A stretch of 64,000 nucleotides of DNA, from assembly GCF_964204645.1 (NCBI RefSeq), contig NC_134027.1, forward strand, positions 22,406,560 through 22,470,559, read 5' to 3'. Source of the DNA: Tubulanus polymorphus (Eukaryota; Animalia; Nemertea). This document shows, one piece after another, positions 37,885-50,610 of this stretch. Position numbers and translations under genes: made by a program. The first letter of the stretch is position 1. Each line of letters begins with the position of its first letter. A model generated the notes under the pieces. It saw nothing but the letters and a program-made list of their open reading frames with translations. It ran no database searches and was not told the DNA's origin.

Positions 37885-39035
37885 TGGTAAAAAAAAAACC
37901 GCAACTTACTATTACCATTAGAACTGTCAATTTCACTCGATACAATATGTACACTGTAGGCACATCCAATATTGTACGACGACAAATCTTCTCACCACCA
38001 ATTTGTGCGTGGAGCATCGTGGATCTATTCGAAAGTTTGGTCACCTCTGTTGCTTTCTTCAGGCTGGTGGTATTGGCAGCAATCAGATCCTGACGACGGA
38101 AAAGGAGGAATGGGCGATCTAAAAAGAAAATCACCAATTTGATACATTGTAAATTTTATTTCGAATAGGAGATTCAATATTTAGGTTAGATAGCCGGGTG
38201 AGATCAACCCCCGAAATGAACATGGAGCTTCGCCAACCAGTTGTTAGATAAGTGGGCGTAAATTTACGTAAATGATTTTGCTATCTTAGTTTAAAGAAAA
38301 AATTCTAGATTCAACTCACCCAAACGCGCGCGAGGACTGGACACATATGCGCGCGTATAGTAAATTCAACGTATGATAAGAATTAATCCTCTGAACTGGT
38401 TCCATTCAAATTGAACTATTTGAATGACCAGAGCACAATGTCAGGACTGGACACAATATGAACTGGTTCTGTCCAATGCGGTTCATTGGACAGGACATGT
38501 CGCACTAGCTAGAATACATACACCATAATGACCCTGTACATATAGTTTTTCGAATATTCTTAACTGATAATTTCAAAAATATTAAGTAGATATATCAGAT
38601 ATTCTATCAGTCCCCATTAGAATTTTATTCTTATCCAATAACTCAAATTTTAAACCCTGTCAAGTAAAATTATAAGGAATTTGATGAAATATCGTAGAAT
38701 CATTTGTAATAGACTCGTTCTAATTTCCATTGCTTATACCTCGAATTACCAGCGAACTGTAACACAAATCTTTCAATGAATCTCAAACTTTGGAGTGATT
38801 GTGAATCTAAATTAAGAATTCGCACGGGAATAAATAACAAGAAATAAAGAAACAAGATCATATTTTACAAGGGCAATTTCTTACGAATTTCCCCGAAACA
38901 CCCTACGTTTTCTGAAACGTGTTTTGAAGGAATACCCTGATTAGCAGTGCACATATCCACATATCCTAGAAATGGTCAAAATCTCAAGATAGTTTTTTAA
39001 AAAGATAATCCAGCTCCAGACCTTGGGTAGCCCTT
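37885..39035 (-). repeat. Right arm of the long inverted duplication
   Basis: Reverse complement of 27720-29175. Confidence 0.85.
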
Positions 39036-39059
39036 ATTTTTGGGCGCAAAAAATGTTTA

Positions 39060-39215
39060 AACCATTTTTCAAACCAATGATTATTGGCACGGTATCGTAG
39101 CAAATAGTGACAGGATTTTGGCGATAACTCAATAAGGTATTTCTCAAACTCAAAGTTGTTTTTAATCAGTCTATAATTACAAAGGGTATCTTTGTTAGCC
39201 ATTTCATTCATGGCG
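39060..39215 (-). mobile_element. Short non-LTR retrotransposon fragment
   Basis: NYRLIKNNFEFEKYLIEL..LLRYRANNHW matches the region just upstream of the CCHC motif in LINE ORF2 C-termini. Confidence 0.6.
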
Positions 39216-39354
39216 CCGCCTTTTGGCATTCAGCCAATCAGAGCCACAGAAACATGTCTTTTCATTTCGTAAGCTCAGGCGTAAAGTAAACATTTTATTT
39301 TCCTCCGTTTGATACCGACTTTTATGCTCATTTATTCACCCATCTAAAAAGAGG

Positions 39355-39616
39355 TTTCGTCTGATCAGAAAACTACAAAATCAAAACGTACAACTAATGC
39401 TTGTAACAGTTTCAATCAGATTTGCAATACTCGCACCTACAACCACTTTGGCAGGTAATCTCACCGGAACAGAGAGATTTTCTATCATGACATTTTCATA
39501 CAATTCCATGTTTGTAACTATGTGGTAAATTATCAAATACATCCTTTTACCAAGACAAGAATTCGGGAATATATCTGTATGAAAATCCACTGCAGAAATT
39601 CAGTCAAAAAATAACC
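39355..39616 (+). pseudogene. GPCR pseudogene fragment (TM6-TM7-tail) paralogous to 39912-40862
   Basis: Collinear with ~40597-40865 (ttcgtctg..caaaatcaaaacg..taatgcttgtaacagtttca..gtttgtaactatg..ctgtatgaaaat..aaaaataacc), with indels. Confidence 0.8.
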
Positions 39617-39911
39617 ATTGATGTCAAGTATGTGTTGAGAGCCAACAGTATTACGAAAATAAATGTACATGTATATTTAATCTCGTCGCATTCATATTTT
39701 ACACGACAATAAATTTTCACAAAATCTAAGTAAACTGTGAAAGATCACAGAGAATTGATTTTCTATTCGGTGTTAACAACATATCTTACAAACGAATCGT
39801 AGTTGTTATGAGGACATTAATGATATCTCCACATAAGAGTTAAATTAATTTTCCATTACACTAGATGACAAAGCAAGTTCCAGTATATTCTCAGACAGAT
39901 CCTAATAAATC

Positions 39912-40862
39912 ATGAATTCTACTCAGATGCAAATTGGTCGTACTCACAGCAGTAACATGGTCCTTATGTATGTGGTGAACAAGTCTGGAATCTACCTAAC
40001 AGTGTCACTGGTCATTCTGCCTTTCTTGTTCCTGTTAGGAGCTTTTGGAAATTCAGCTACATTCTTGATAATGATAAGTCGCAGATTTCGCAGTTTGTCT
40101 TACGCTAACTATCTGATCGTTTTGTCTCTCAGTGATTTCATATTCTGTCTCGGTTTTACAATGATGCCTGTTTTACAGTTTGTTATCTTGCATGTAGAAG
40201 ATGTTCCAATATTCTTCATGAATTCACTGATCAGTTGTCAAATCTATGATTTTGTTATAGCGTTTGCAGCTTGCAATAGTTCGTGGTTGATAGTAGCAGT
40301 ATCTCTAGAACGTGCGGCAGTTGTGCTCTTCCCGTTCACATCTCGTTTGATATGTACACCGAGATTCGCTAGGTTTGTTATAGTGATAATTGCTGCAGTG
40401 AATATACTGGTTAGATGTCTCTCACCTGCTTCATCCATACATTTCAGTGATCAGTTTGTCGGATGTTATTATGAATTATTCGACCAAATAGCATCTTTTA
40501 TTGTAGGTGTCATTCACGCGTACATTTTACCGTTGTCTTTAATCATTACATCAAATTTGGTTATAATCGTTCAATTATTCAGAAGTTCAGTAATAGTTTC
40601 GTCTGGTCAAAAATCTACAAAATCAAAACGCACGACAATAATGCTTGTAACAGTTTCATTCGCATTCGCAATATTTACACTTCCAGTCACTATTACTGCA
40701 ATGATGCCAGTTTCTTCAGGACAGAAAGAATCTCTTTTGGACATTTTCAATCAGTTTCAAGTTTGTAACTATGCGGTAAATTTCTACATATATCTTTTAC
40801 TGGGACGAGAAATTCGTGAATATTTCTGTATGAAAATTCGCTGTAGAAATTTCGAAAAATAA
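39912..40862 (+). CDS. Intronless rhodopsin-class GPCR (peptide-receptor-like / chemoreceptor type)
   Basis: 316-aa ORF with 7 TM segments: GAFGN, LSLSD, SSWLIVAVSLERAAVVLFP, CNYAVNFYIY. Confidence 0.93.
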   Translation: MNSTQMQIGRTHSSNMVLMYVVNKSGIYLTVSLVILPFLFLLGAFGNSATFLIMISRRFRSLSYANYLIVLSLSDFIFCLGFTMMPVLQFVILHVEDVPIFFMNSLISCQIYDFVIAFAACNSSWLIVAVSLERAAVVLFPFTSRLICTPRFARFVIVIIAAVNILVRCLSPASSIHFSDQFVGCYYELFDQIASFIVGVIHAYILPLSLIITSNLVIIVQLFRSSVIVSSGQKSTKSKRTTIMLVTVSFAFAIFTLPVTITAMMPVSSGQKESLLDIFNQFQVCNYAVNFYIYLLLGREIREYFCMKIRCRNFEK

Positions 40863-41141
40863 CCTTGCGAATGGTGAATCTATGATAATATTGATGTACA
40901 CATATTGAATTAGATCAACAGCCGCAAAGCAGCGATTGTGGATAATCTGTACAACTGCATCAACCTGCGAACTGCAGAGAGTTGTTATAGAAAATTTGAT
41001 AATTGGACATGTTTGATTTCTAACCTCGTGTGATGACTACATGTATCAAAATGATCCTCGAGAAATAACCGGTTATCAGAGGTTGTTGGAGATGCCTACG
41101 GACGGAACGTTCCTGTATCAATCACGCCATCTTCGGAAGCG

Positions 41142-41474
41142 TCCTCCCGCGGCAAGGATTCGAACCGGATGACATCGCTACACTCAGCCACGGCACGAAC
41201 CCCTTCCACACTAGACCGGGTGCGCAGGTACATGCGCAGCTTAGCCGCGCGAAAATTTGCGGCACCAATCATATTATTCGTTGTATAAACGCTGAGGTAT
41301 AAATTTCACGGAAGAACTATAAATGGGAAAACCCGGGCTAAAATAAAAGGGGCTATCTGATTGGCTAATAATGACATCTTCTAAGCTGCGCGTGTAGCTT
41401 CGCACACGGTCTAGTATGACAGGGTTTCGTGCCGTGGCAATGTCAACAGGTTCAAATCCCTTCCGGGGGAGGAT
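41142..41474. mobile_element. MITE family B, near-complete copy
   Basis: TIRs tcctcccgcggcaaggattcgaacc..gccacggcacgaaccc / gggtttcgtgccgtggc..ggttcaaatcccttccggggggagga. Other pieces lie at 1841-2120, ~43603-43632 and ~51060. Confidence 0.75.
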
Positions 41475-41779
41475 GAGGGTCGGTAGGTACCATCTTGAAT
41501 CTGTGTGAAGTTACCGGCTTAATGTTGTCATTAATCTGTATTCGACTATTCATTGCCAACAATAACAAGCAATGTATATTTTTCGTTATTTGCAAAGGCG
41601 TCAACAAACTTTCAAGTTAGTTTTCTTGTTTCGTACATCCGCTAGTCGGCGTGCTAGTCTAGCTCGCGAGCAGCGGTCAAAATTTTACGGTCGACCCTAG
41701 TTCCAGTACGCGTTAACTACCTTTCAATTTTCGGTTAAGAAGACACTTCAGGCTTAGAGCCAAAGTCGTCGAAGTCGTT

Positions 41780-42059
41780 GAAAATGGGCGAAAAAGCGAA
41801 ATTTGTCGTAAAAACGTCAAGCCGTCATTTGAAGACACGTCTAAATGTAAGATGAGGACGCCAGTGATATGACGACTGAGTTTCAAGTCGTCATGAATAT
41901 GTCGACTTGTCGCGAGGTTAATGGTCGTGAAAACGAAATATGTCATCAAAACGTCACGATATGTCGACATATTCATGTCGACTTGACGCTAATATGACGT
42001 AAATATGGCGACTTGTCGAGTTGGAACGCGACAACTCGAGGCCCTTTATCGCTTCCGTA
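41780..42059. mobile_element. MITE family E, partial copy
   Basis: Shares the TIR end ..gagttggaacgcgacaactcgaggccc..tatcgcttccgta and internal sequence with 44784-45186. Confidence 0.8.
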
Positions 42060-42796
42060 ATGTCTTGCTCTTCTTGGAATCTGGAAGCAAGACTTCATCC
42101 ACGCGCAATTAATTATTTTAGCAGATGGCGACATCTTGTGGGCCCGGTCACAAGCGATTTCATCACCGCGTGTCAAAACGCCGTGTGAACGCTCACCAAA
42201 ATTTGGTCCGGTCTAAATTTGGACCGGACCAGGTTCGGACCTATTTAGACCGGTCTAACTTGTTGTCGTGTGAACGCGGCTTTTATGAGGCTAGTCGTTT
42301 TGATAATAATTCGATATAAATCAAATTTGTAAAATCAGTGCATAAAATAATTCGCGTCAATAAGTATGTTCTTTTTCAGAAATCAATATGGCTGGTTGAT
42401 GGTAGTCTTTGATGACACCCGAACGGAATTTAATCAACTGGAGCTAGTGTCCACAGATAGATGCAGAAAACTGGTTGGAATTTACAACGTTTTTCTGTAC
42501 ACTGCTTTTCTACTTAAGCCGATGAACTGTCGGGAATAATCGATTATGATATTTACTCTGCTGCAATTGGTCGATTTTCTGATTTGCCTTGTTACTGCGT
42601 GCTATTGGCCCGATATCGTAGTCAACATTACAGCATATATAGAGACTAGGAAAAAGTCCATTCTCACAACCAATAAAGTAAACCCGCCTCTCCAATAATT
42701 CACCAATGAATGCCTAGTGATGTTCCGCACTGAGAAATTGAATATGGAAACTCGTTTAGTTCATCCCGGTATTATCTGAGAACCGAAACTGCCGAA

Positions 42797-45700
42797 ATGC
42801 AATTGAAATTTGTATATTTTATATTTTTGCTGAAAATCTACGAATGTTTCGAAACGGGCTCGGTATATTTCGCTGAAGTAGCGACAAGAGGAAACGATTA
42901 CTCGATAGATAGACCGTATCTGTCTATTGATAAGAATTCAGCCTCTTTGATCGGTTGCAGCGCCGCGTGTTCACTGGATACTAAATGCAAATCGTTCAAT
43001 TATCACGGAGATTCCAGCGTTTGCGAATTGAGTGACAAGTTACCAACTGGTCCGACGTTCAGGCAGAGAAATGGCACAGCATTTAGATACAAGGTCGGTA
43101 CGAAGTAGAGCTGATTTCATAGACAAGTTTTGATTGAATACGACTTACATTCAGCCCTTGGTTTAGGCTAGAACTGCCCTATATAATAATAAATGCATTT
43201 GGAGCATGTTCATTTAAATTGACATTTAGCAAAAAAATAGCATACAAAACGATAACAAAACCCTGCCAAAATGTTTAAAACAAACAAAAGTCAATTCTAA
43301 GTGACCTTCACCGTGTCATTACATATTCGTTGATACGTGAAGAAATGGCAGAAATGATGTACATGGCGTCAATTCACTTGTAACGTTTGTCAAGAGGTAC
43401 ATTTGTAAAATATATTTTGTAGCACGAATGTGAAAGAGCAAACAAAAGAAAACCTTGAAATTGAAAACCCTACCATAAATATGAAAAAGAATAAAAACAG
43501 TTTTTCTTAAATTCATCGTCACTGTATTTTAAGTCATTCAGTACTAACGAACTACGCAGCAAATCTAATGTTTTAATTTAAACATCTTCTGAAAATCGTC
43601 CCTCCTTGCGCGGGAGGGATCTCCGAAAGATGAACTCCGTGTATGATTATTATTTCGAATTTTTGAGTCTTATAAAAATAAGTCAGTCCTTTCTAACACC
43701 ATCATTAGTGGGTTGACTTATCAACTTGACGATAACTTGATAACTTGATAATGATGGCTCGAGTCTACTGGCGGTGAATTCCATCGTAGGATCTTCGTAC
43801 GTCACCGCCTAAGGTTCGTCGGCGTTTCAAACTCACTATGCGTACATTCCATATTGTCAAATAGCACGCGAGATGGCAACCTTGAAATTTGCGGTTTCAT
43901 TTACACGTATATTTACAAGCAACTCCATGGTCGGTCGATACGATGTTCGATTTAAAAACTGGTCAAGAGTCTTGCTAGTTATCGCATGCATGCTTATGCA
44001 AATACTTTTACGCAATTGAATTTCTTTATAATGTCTACGATTGGCGCATTTACGTCGAGATGGTGATGTATAAAACAAATAGAATATCTTCAATGGGGTT
44101 CCGGTAACGCTATATACTGTGGCAATCAGGGATTCCGCTCGTGGCAAGTGAGGACTAACAGTCTAGTAGTTACTCAGTTCGCTAACGTCAATTTTGTTTT
44201 TTATTTCGATGAAAATTCAACCAACTTATTTTACTATTTTATCAATTATCATAAAAAACCGTAACATACAATTAGCATTTTTTTTCAACACACATATCAT
44301 TTATACGAACGTTATATTCACAATCTACGAAGTACGTATGCAATAAAGTAAATGAAATAAGTAAATGAAATATTTCAAAAAGCGCCATCGGTTTTGTCAA
44401 TTACGATGAATTTTACGATGACTGAAATTTAAATCACTTTGAAAATTCAACCAACTTATTTTAGCATTTTATCAATCATCATAAAAAACCGTAGCTTACA
44501 ATTTATTTTTTTTCTCGGAAGCTGATTAGATAATAAACTAGTGCATTCCGCTGTATCAGCTACCTGGAAAAAATTAGAGCATCGATTTAGTAAGAAAATT
44601 CACTCATTGGTTATCCTGGCATTTTGCACCTAGTATGTCGACACTTAATAAAGGAGAATATGAATTATTAATATACATTTATACACGATGATGTATGTTC
44701 TTTTTTCTTCACATTTCAGTGTCAGAACCTTGATGGAGATTGCCTTCGATACAGTAAGTCGTTCATAAATATACATCATAATATTACGGAAGCGATAAGG
44801 GGCCTCGAGATGTCGCGTTCCAACTCGGCAAGTCGTCATATTTATGTCGATATATCGCGATATATCGCGTCAAGTCGACATGAATATGTCGACATATCGT
44901 GACGTTTTGACGACATATTTCGTTTTCATGACCATTTTCCTCGCGACAAGTCGACATATTCACGACGACTTGAAACTCAGTCGTCCTCATCTTACATTTA
45001 GACGTGTCTTCAAATGACGGCTTGTCCCGTGGAAAATGGGCGAAAAAGCGAAATTTGTCGTGAAAACATCACGATATGTCGACATATTCATGTCGACTTG
45101 ACGCTATATATCGCGTTATGTCGACATAAATATGGCGACTTGTCGAGTTGGAACGCGACAACTCGAGGCCCCTTATCGCTTCCGTATAATATATAGGCCT
45201 ACTCGTAAACTCGATCGATCCATTAAGATCACTTAGGAATCTTCCAGTAGTAACGGCTTCGAAACGTTTGGTATGGTTATAGTATGTTATAACGTCTTAT
45301 GAGGCGCCAAAAACAACAAACGTATCAATGTTGATTTTGAAATAGCAAGTATTGTCAGTCTATGGTCATCACGTGACTTTAATGATATGGCTATTCGGCC
45401 TTACCCGATAGTAACGACGGCGTCTAAAAACAAAATAACCTTTCCCCTGACACATCGTTCGGCTAAATCAAGATAATAGCTCGCAAGAGACCGCTGTGGT
45501 TAGGAGAGGTGAGCAAGAAAACGAAATAGAAAGCTTGAAAACGTTGCATATGCAGCCTTTTTGTTTCATTTACAGGCATTCGTCCGGCCACTTGTACCGA
45601 CGTGTTGATCAATGGCAATACCGAAGACAAAGTTTACGCTCTATACCCGATCAAAAGCGCTTACAAACTAAAATTCGATATTTTCTGTCACGGGATGACG

Positions 45701-48700
45701 TCATTATTGCCTAAAGAGTTTCTTCCGCTTCCGGCCGGACCGACGAACAACTTCAGCCAGGCAGCGAAATATGGTATATACAGAGTGTGGGGCGAATGGT
45801 GCGACGTGAAATTTCGGCGAGTTCTTTTCACTATCGAGGTAATCGCATTTATATACGAGGAAAATGTCAACTCGTTGATATTAGCTGACCGATGTGGTCT
45901 AACCATCGGCGCTGGTGAAGTGACAAAAATGGGGATCTAGAAACCTAGTGGCTTATGTCGAGTCGCTTATTGCGTTTAACTCGGGCGAAATTGGCATGTC
46001 TGCGACAGACATGGTTGTAGATAAGTGAAAAAGCCCTATAGATAGATACATTGAACTGAAACCACAGCGTTTCAGCTGTTGACTAACATCGTGGTCATCG
46101 TCGGGTGAATGACCAAAACTTATGCTGGTACCCTACCGAATATCCGCAGTTTAATTTGTCATGGTTTCCCATTGCCATTTTTATTGGACCTACCATGTAA
46201 CTAGGCTTAATCAAGGGTGCAATTTCTTGGGCGATACCAGCAACTTCAGAATCGTGCGCACGTTAACCTATTCTGAATTCTATGGCTGTGTTCAGTCCGT
46301 CTTAGTTTGAAACCACTAATCTGTTGATTCGAATTAGGATATGTGCACCAATTATAACGCAAATTGTCAGATTAGACCAAACATTGGCACTCGCATTGTT
46401 TCTTGCATAGCTAATGACACGGGCATAAATAATGCAAATTCGTGATTAGAGTTTACCGCAACTGTCGATAAACCACTAATCTGTTCATTCGAATTAGGAT
46501 ATGTGCACCAATAACGCAAATTGCCGTACCCTCCAGATTAGACCAAACATTGGCACTCGAATTTTTGCATAGCTAATGACTCGGGCGTAAATAATGCAAA
46601 TTCGTGATTAGAAATAATCGCAACTGTCGGTAGTATCGTTTAGCTGATCGATCACAATAAACAATAAGATGTCTTAAAAATTGTTGAAATATTATATCAT
46701 ATTACGATCAACATCCATCGTCGGGCGCCTCGAATAGTTAGTTAGTTCTATGCTGATTGTGCGGGAATTAATTCAGGGATCCGACCCATGTGCTAGCTTC
46801 ACAGGTTAAGTCATATATTTGACCCTGGTGATTAGTTTTCAAGGCTGTCGTACACGAAAAAAAGAAATTTTCATAATGTTACCACAAAAATCGGATTAAT
46901 TATTCCTTGTAAAATAATTAATTCATATGATATCATTGCTCTATATTAAAAACGTTGCCGGTTAAAGGCCAAAATGTACATTTGTTTGATAATATAATCA
47001 ATGTTTCTAACAGTAAGCCATCTTGGATGTCAACGGGTCCTAGTGGCCTAGACGTATCGGCCCCACTCCGCGCGGTTGCGCCACCGCGCGGGATTTACGC
47101 GAAGCAGCAAACACAAACATGGCCACTCTCTCAATTTTCAATGATAGAAATCGTGTGTGCATTTCAATTATTTCGGCTGTTAGGGTTTTAAGGCACAATA
47201 TAAGTTGATGATGTGATATGGCGATGTTAATTAATGATAATTCCGCAGTGAAGCTAGTCACGAACGGTGCCGATTGAGTGTACAGCTGCCAAAAACACTG
47301 AAATATGCGTAGTTGCGTAACTATTTGCAGTGAATTGCAGACGAAACATGAAGCCTTAACGGCCGTTTAAAAAAAATTATACCCTGACTAAAAATTAGTA
47401 ATAATATTTTAGAAATGGCCAGAATTTTAACTTAGGTTCTATCTCATTTTTATTTTATAATTGCGATTGGGTGCCGAACATTTAGTTTTCCAACAATAAT
47501 GAGGGGTGGTAGGTAGTCATGCAATTCAAGTCATCATTTATTACACGTTACTTCTGTGTTGTTGAAAATCTCGCGAGTCCTGGACCAAACCCCATTGAAC
47601 AATGTGATCTGTGTGCTGGCCACAAATGCACACAGATCACACACACTACCCATTACACACTCCAGTACCCACAGCTTTCATATATCCATCCAAATATTTA
47701 GAGTGTCTTTCTTCCTGGATTTATTTACTGGTATGTAATGGCACCTATCACTGAAAATAGCAATGATCTATATGAAATACATTCACAGATATAGGCCAAA
47801 TGTACATTTTAAAGAATCAAAGATGGCTGCCAGTCAGCTCATTGGCCATCTTGGATGCAAATTCCTTGACATTAATTTGTTCATCTTCATGCCACCGCAT
47901 ACCTACGTACCATGAACACTTTATCTTAATTGTTTTTTGAGTGAAGATAACGCAAATAACCGAGTATGACTACTGACAAACCTCGTGGATATTGTCTTGC
48001 CACAAGTGGAATCCTCGATTGCCACAGTAGAGGTGTTGACACCCAATAACCTTATGAAAAAATAATTCCATTTCGATTCAATTATTCTCGCCAGTGAATC
48101 AAATCAGTTCATCACATCAGGGATGTCTCAGATGAAGATGTGAAGATGTGACAGCCAATGTTAACATTCAAGTCGTACAGTTGTTTCCACTGGCGTTTCT
48201 CGTTGTCATTGTTATCGATTGAATCTTTTCTAATTCGCTTCGATTCAGGATTATACCATCGTCAAGGACGATTTCACCTACGCGGATGTTGTCAGCGGCC
48301 CGGACAAAGAAAGAGTCCTTTACGGTGACGCGAGGGCATGCAGTTATTCAGATAACCACATGGGGGCAGCACGTATCGACTTAACTGGTACTGGATTCAG
48401 GTTGAAACAAGGCGTACGTGTAATATTCCGAAATCGTTCACATGGCAATGATGTTGATAAGTTGGTTATCGTTAAGAGCTGAGACTGGTCAAATGGACGT
48501 TAAGTTATGAGGATTTGATGTGTTGCAGTTGCAGAGAAAACACTAGTCAGCTACACGATCGCGTTCTCCGGCCTTTAACTTGTTTTTTGACGGTATTTTG
48601 AGTAAACCTTACATCAGAATCTCCACTAAAAAGGCTACAACAATATGTCTAATACTAACTTCGATGAATAGACTTGAGCCAGTTGTAACTAGATAGAATA

Positions 48701-49703
48701 CCAATACGAAGCCTCGTTGTGTTTCGATTGATACATATTGATGCACTCACCAAAGCGCATTATATACCCAAGGCCTTTTTAGATGATAAGCGTGATGGTA
48801 TCATAGAGTTTTCGAAATGGGCGGGTTTACGAGTCAGAGGGCTACATATCTAATCCATGAATTCTATACGTTTACATGTATTTAGTTACCGTACGTATGA
48901 CCTACTCATTCTCGATGACTTTGATGATATATGGTTTTGACGTGAAGTCTGAGTGCATCATAGTCTAGCGCAAACAGCTAAATGCGAATAGTGCTACACG
49001 TCAAATGTGACGCACTTGAACAACACGACTTTCCAAAATTGTGTTCAAACAAGAAAACTAATTAAAAGTTATATGTATATATGTTGCTCAGTATTGTCGA
49101 CGATGGATAACTCAGAAAATTATGAACAATATCAAAATCAAAACAAATCAAACGAAATTTACCAATCAAATAACTAACAGGGTCAATCCAGGAAAATACT
49201 GGACTAAAATCCAGATCTTGCTGGCCGCATCGTTTTGGTGGTATCGACTATTGGAAATAATTGAATTTAACGGCGCGGCAGCCACTCACCCACTACCTTC
49301 ATTGCCATTCGAATTCATTGTTAAAACGTTACGAACATCTATTGGATGGAAAATAGGAGTCGTGAGCCTTAATCGACTGAAACATTAGCGCCGATATGCG
49401 CATTACAACTGTAATTGTTATCATATTTTGAAGAGTCACTTTCCCTTAGAAACTGAATAAGTGGTACTGGTACTTAGCAATGCATAAAAACATTATTGTG
49501 TAACGTCAAGAAATCAATACTGTCTCGATACCAAACTAAGTCGGAAATATTCTGAATTTCAGATAAGATGGCGAAATACCGGGTATGGTGGAAAGAACAT
49601 GATCGGGCCGACATTCTCATCTAATCGGCAAATAATGAATGTTAGATGTCGGGCCCAGTGTGGAGGCTGTTACAGTGATGCTCTTCGATTAGTACCCATT
49701 TGA
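42797..49703 (+). CDS. Secreted PAN/apple + GON domain protein (5 exons, ~299 aa)
   Basis: Exons 42797-43093, 44720-44753, 45576-45838, 48249-48413 and 49563-49703 join in frame with GT-AG sites. Signal peptide, then PAN (CSAACSLDTKCKSFNY..VCEL) and GON motifs (PATCTDV, IFCHGMTSLLPKEFLPL, DFTY, IDLTGTGF, CRAQCGGC). Confidence 0.9.
44784..45186. mobile_element. MITE family E, complete, long TIRs, in intron 2 of the PAN-GON gene
   Basis: tacggaagcgataaggggcctcgag.. / ..ctcgaggccccttatcgcttccgta with ~140-bp inverted arms. Confidence 0.88.
46310..46630. repeat. Two tandem ~160-bp units
   Basis: aaaccactaatctgtt..gaattaggatatgtgcaccaa at 46310 and 46470. Confidence 0.85.
47040..47722. mobile_element. 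Repeat family A, copy 2 (inverted relative to copy 1)
   Basis: Reverse complement of 965-1672, except for an internal segment (~47390-47470) that is in direct orientation. Confidence 0.85.
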
Positions 49704-50610
49704 GATGTGTCACGCTTTTTCTTCAACGATACACACGAGATAGAATCTAATTCTAAGAATGAATAACAATGTTCACTCATCATCTAAGCAATAGAAATGA
49801 TACGCAATTACAAACAAAACATACATATCCGTATGTGTATCCAGAAAAAAAGAGAACCATCAAAGCTTAATGAAAATTAGGCGATATAATCAATACATTG
49901 TTTCTCCTTTCTCCCGGGCATACTATCAACACTGACAATAACTGTTTAGAATCATGATCAGGCTAACCATAGCTGCATAGAATGTGTAATCAGCTCATTA
50001 TATTTCTATAGCTGCGGGTCTGTACTGGTTAGATCTGATTTAACAAAAAAGGAAGATAGGCGGCCGGCCGTAGACATCGATTCAAGGTATCAATTTTAAA
50101 GCCTTAATAGAGGGAGACAAAAATACAACAACCCATACTAAGCAATTATCGCCGTAAGGCCCGCGATCGGGAGTTCGAATCCCGAATTTTCTTGTCGCAT
50201 TTTGTTCTCATTTGCTTTTGATCAACTTAGTAACGGAATTCATTTGAAAATAATTGGTCTATTTATTCCTAAAGTAATAAAAAATGACAAGTATGCGGAA
50301 TTTGGAAACGGTTGATATATTTTCTTCCTTAAGTCCAATAATTACCGGTATACGGAATACAATGTTCCAGGCCGCAGAAAACCCGTTATCGCTACTTTGC
50401 ATTCATTTGCTATTCATTACGAATCGTTATTAATCCTATATACTGATGCAATGTATATTACCTTTGAAACGTATTATTCGCAATCTAGGAAGTATGTAAT
50501 AAAGTGAATCTTGGAAGTATGTAATAAAGTGAATGAAATATTTCAAAACCAGTTTTGTCAATCAGGAATTTGCTGACATAGTGGGTTTAGTCTGCGTGGA
50601 ACGGTGGAGA

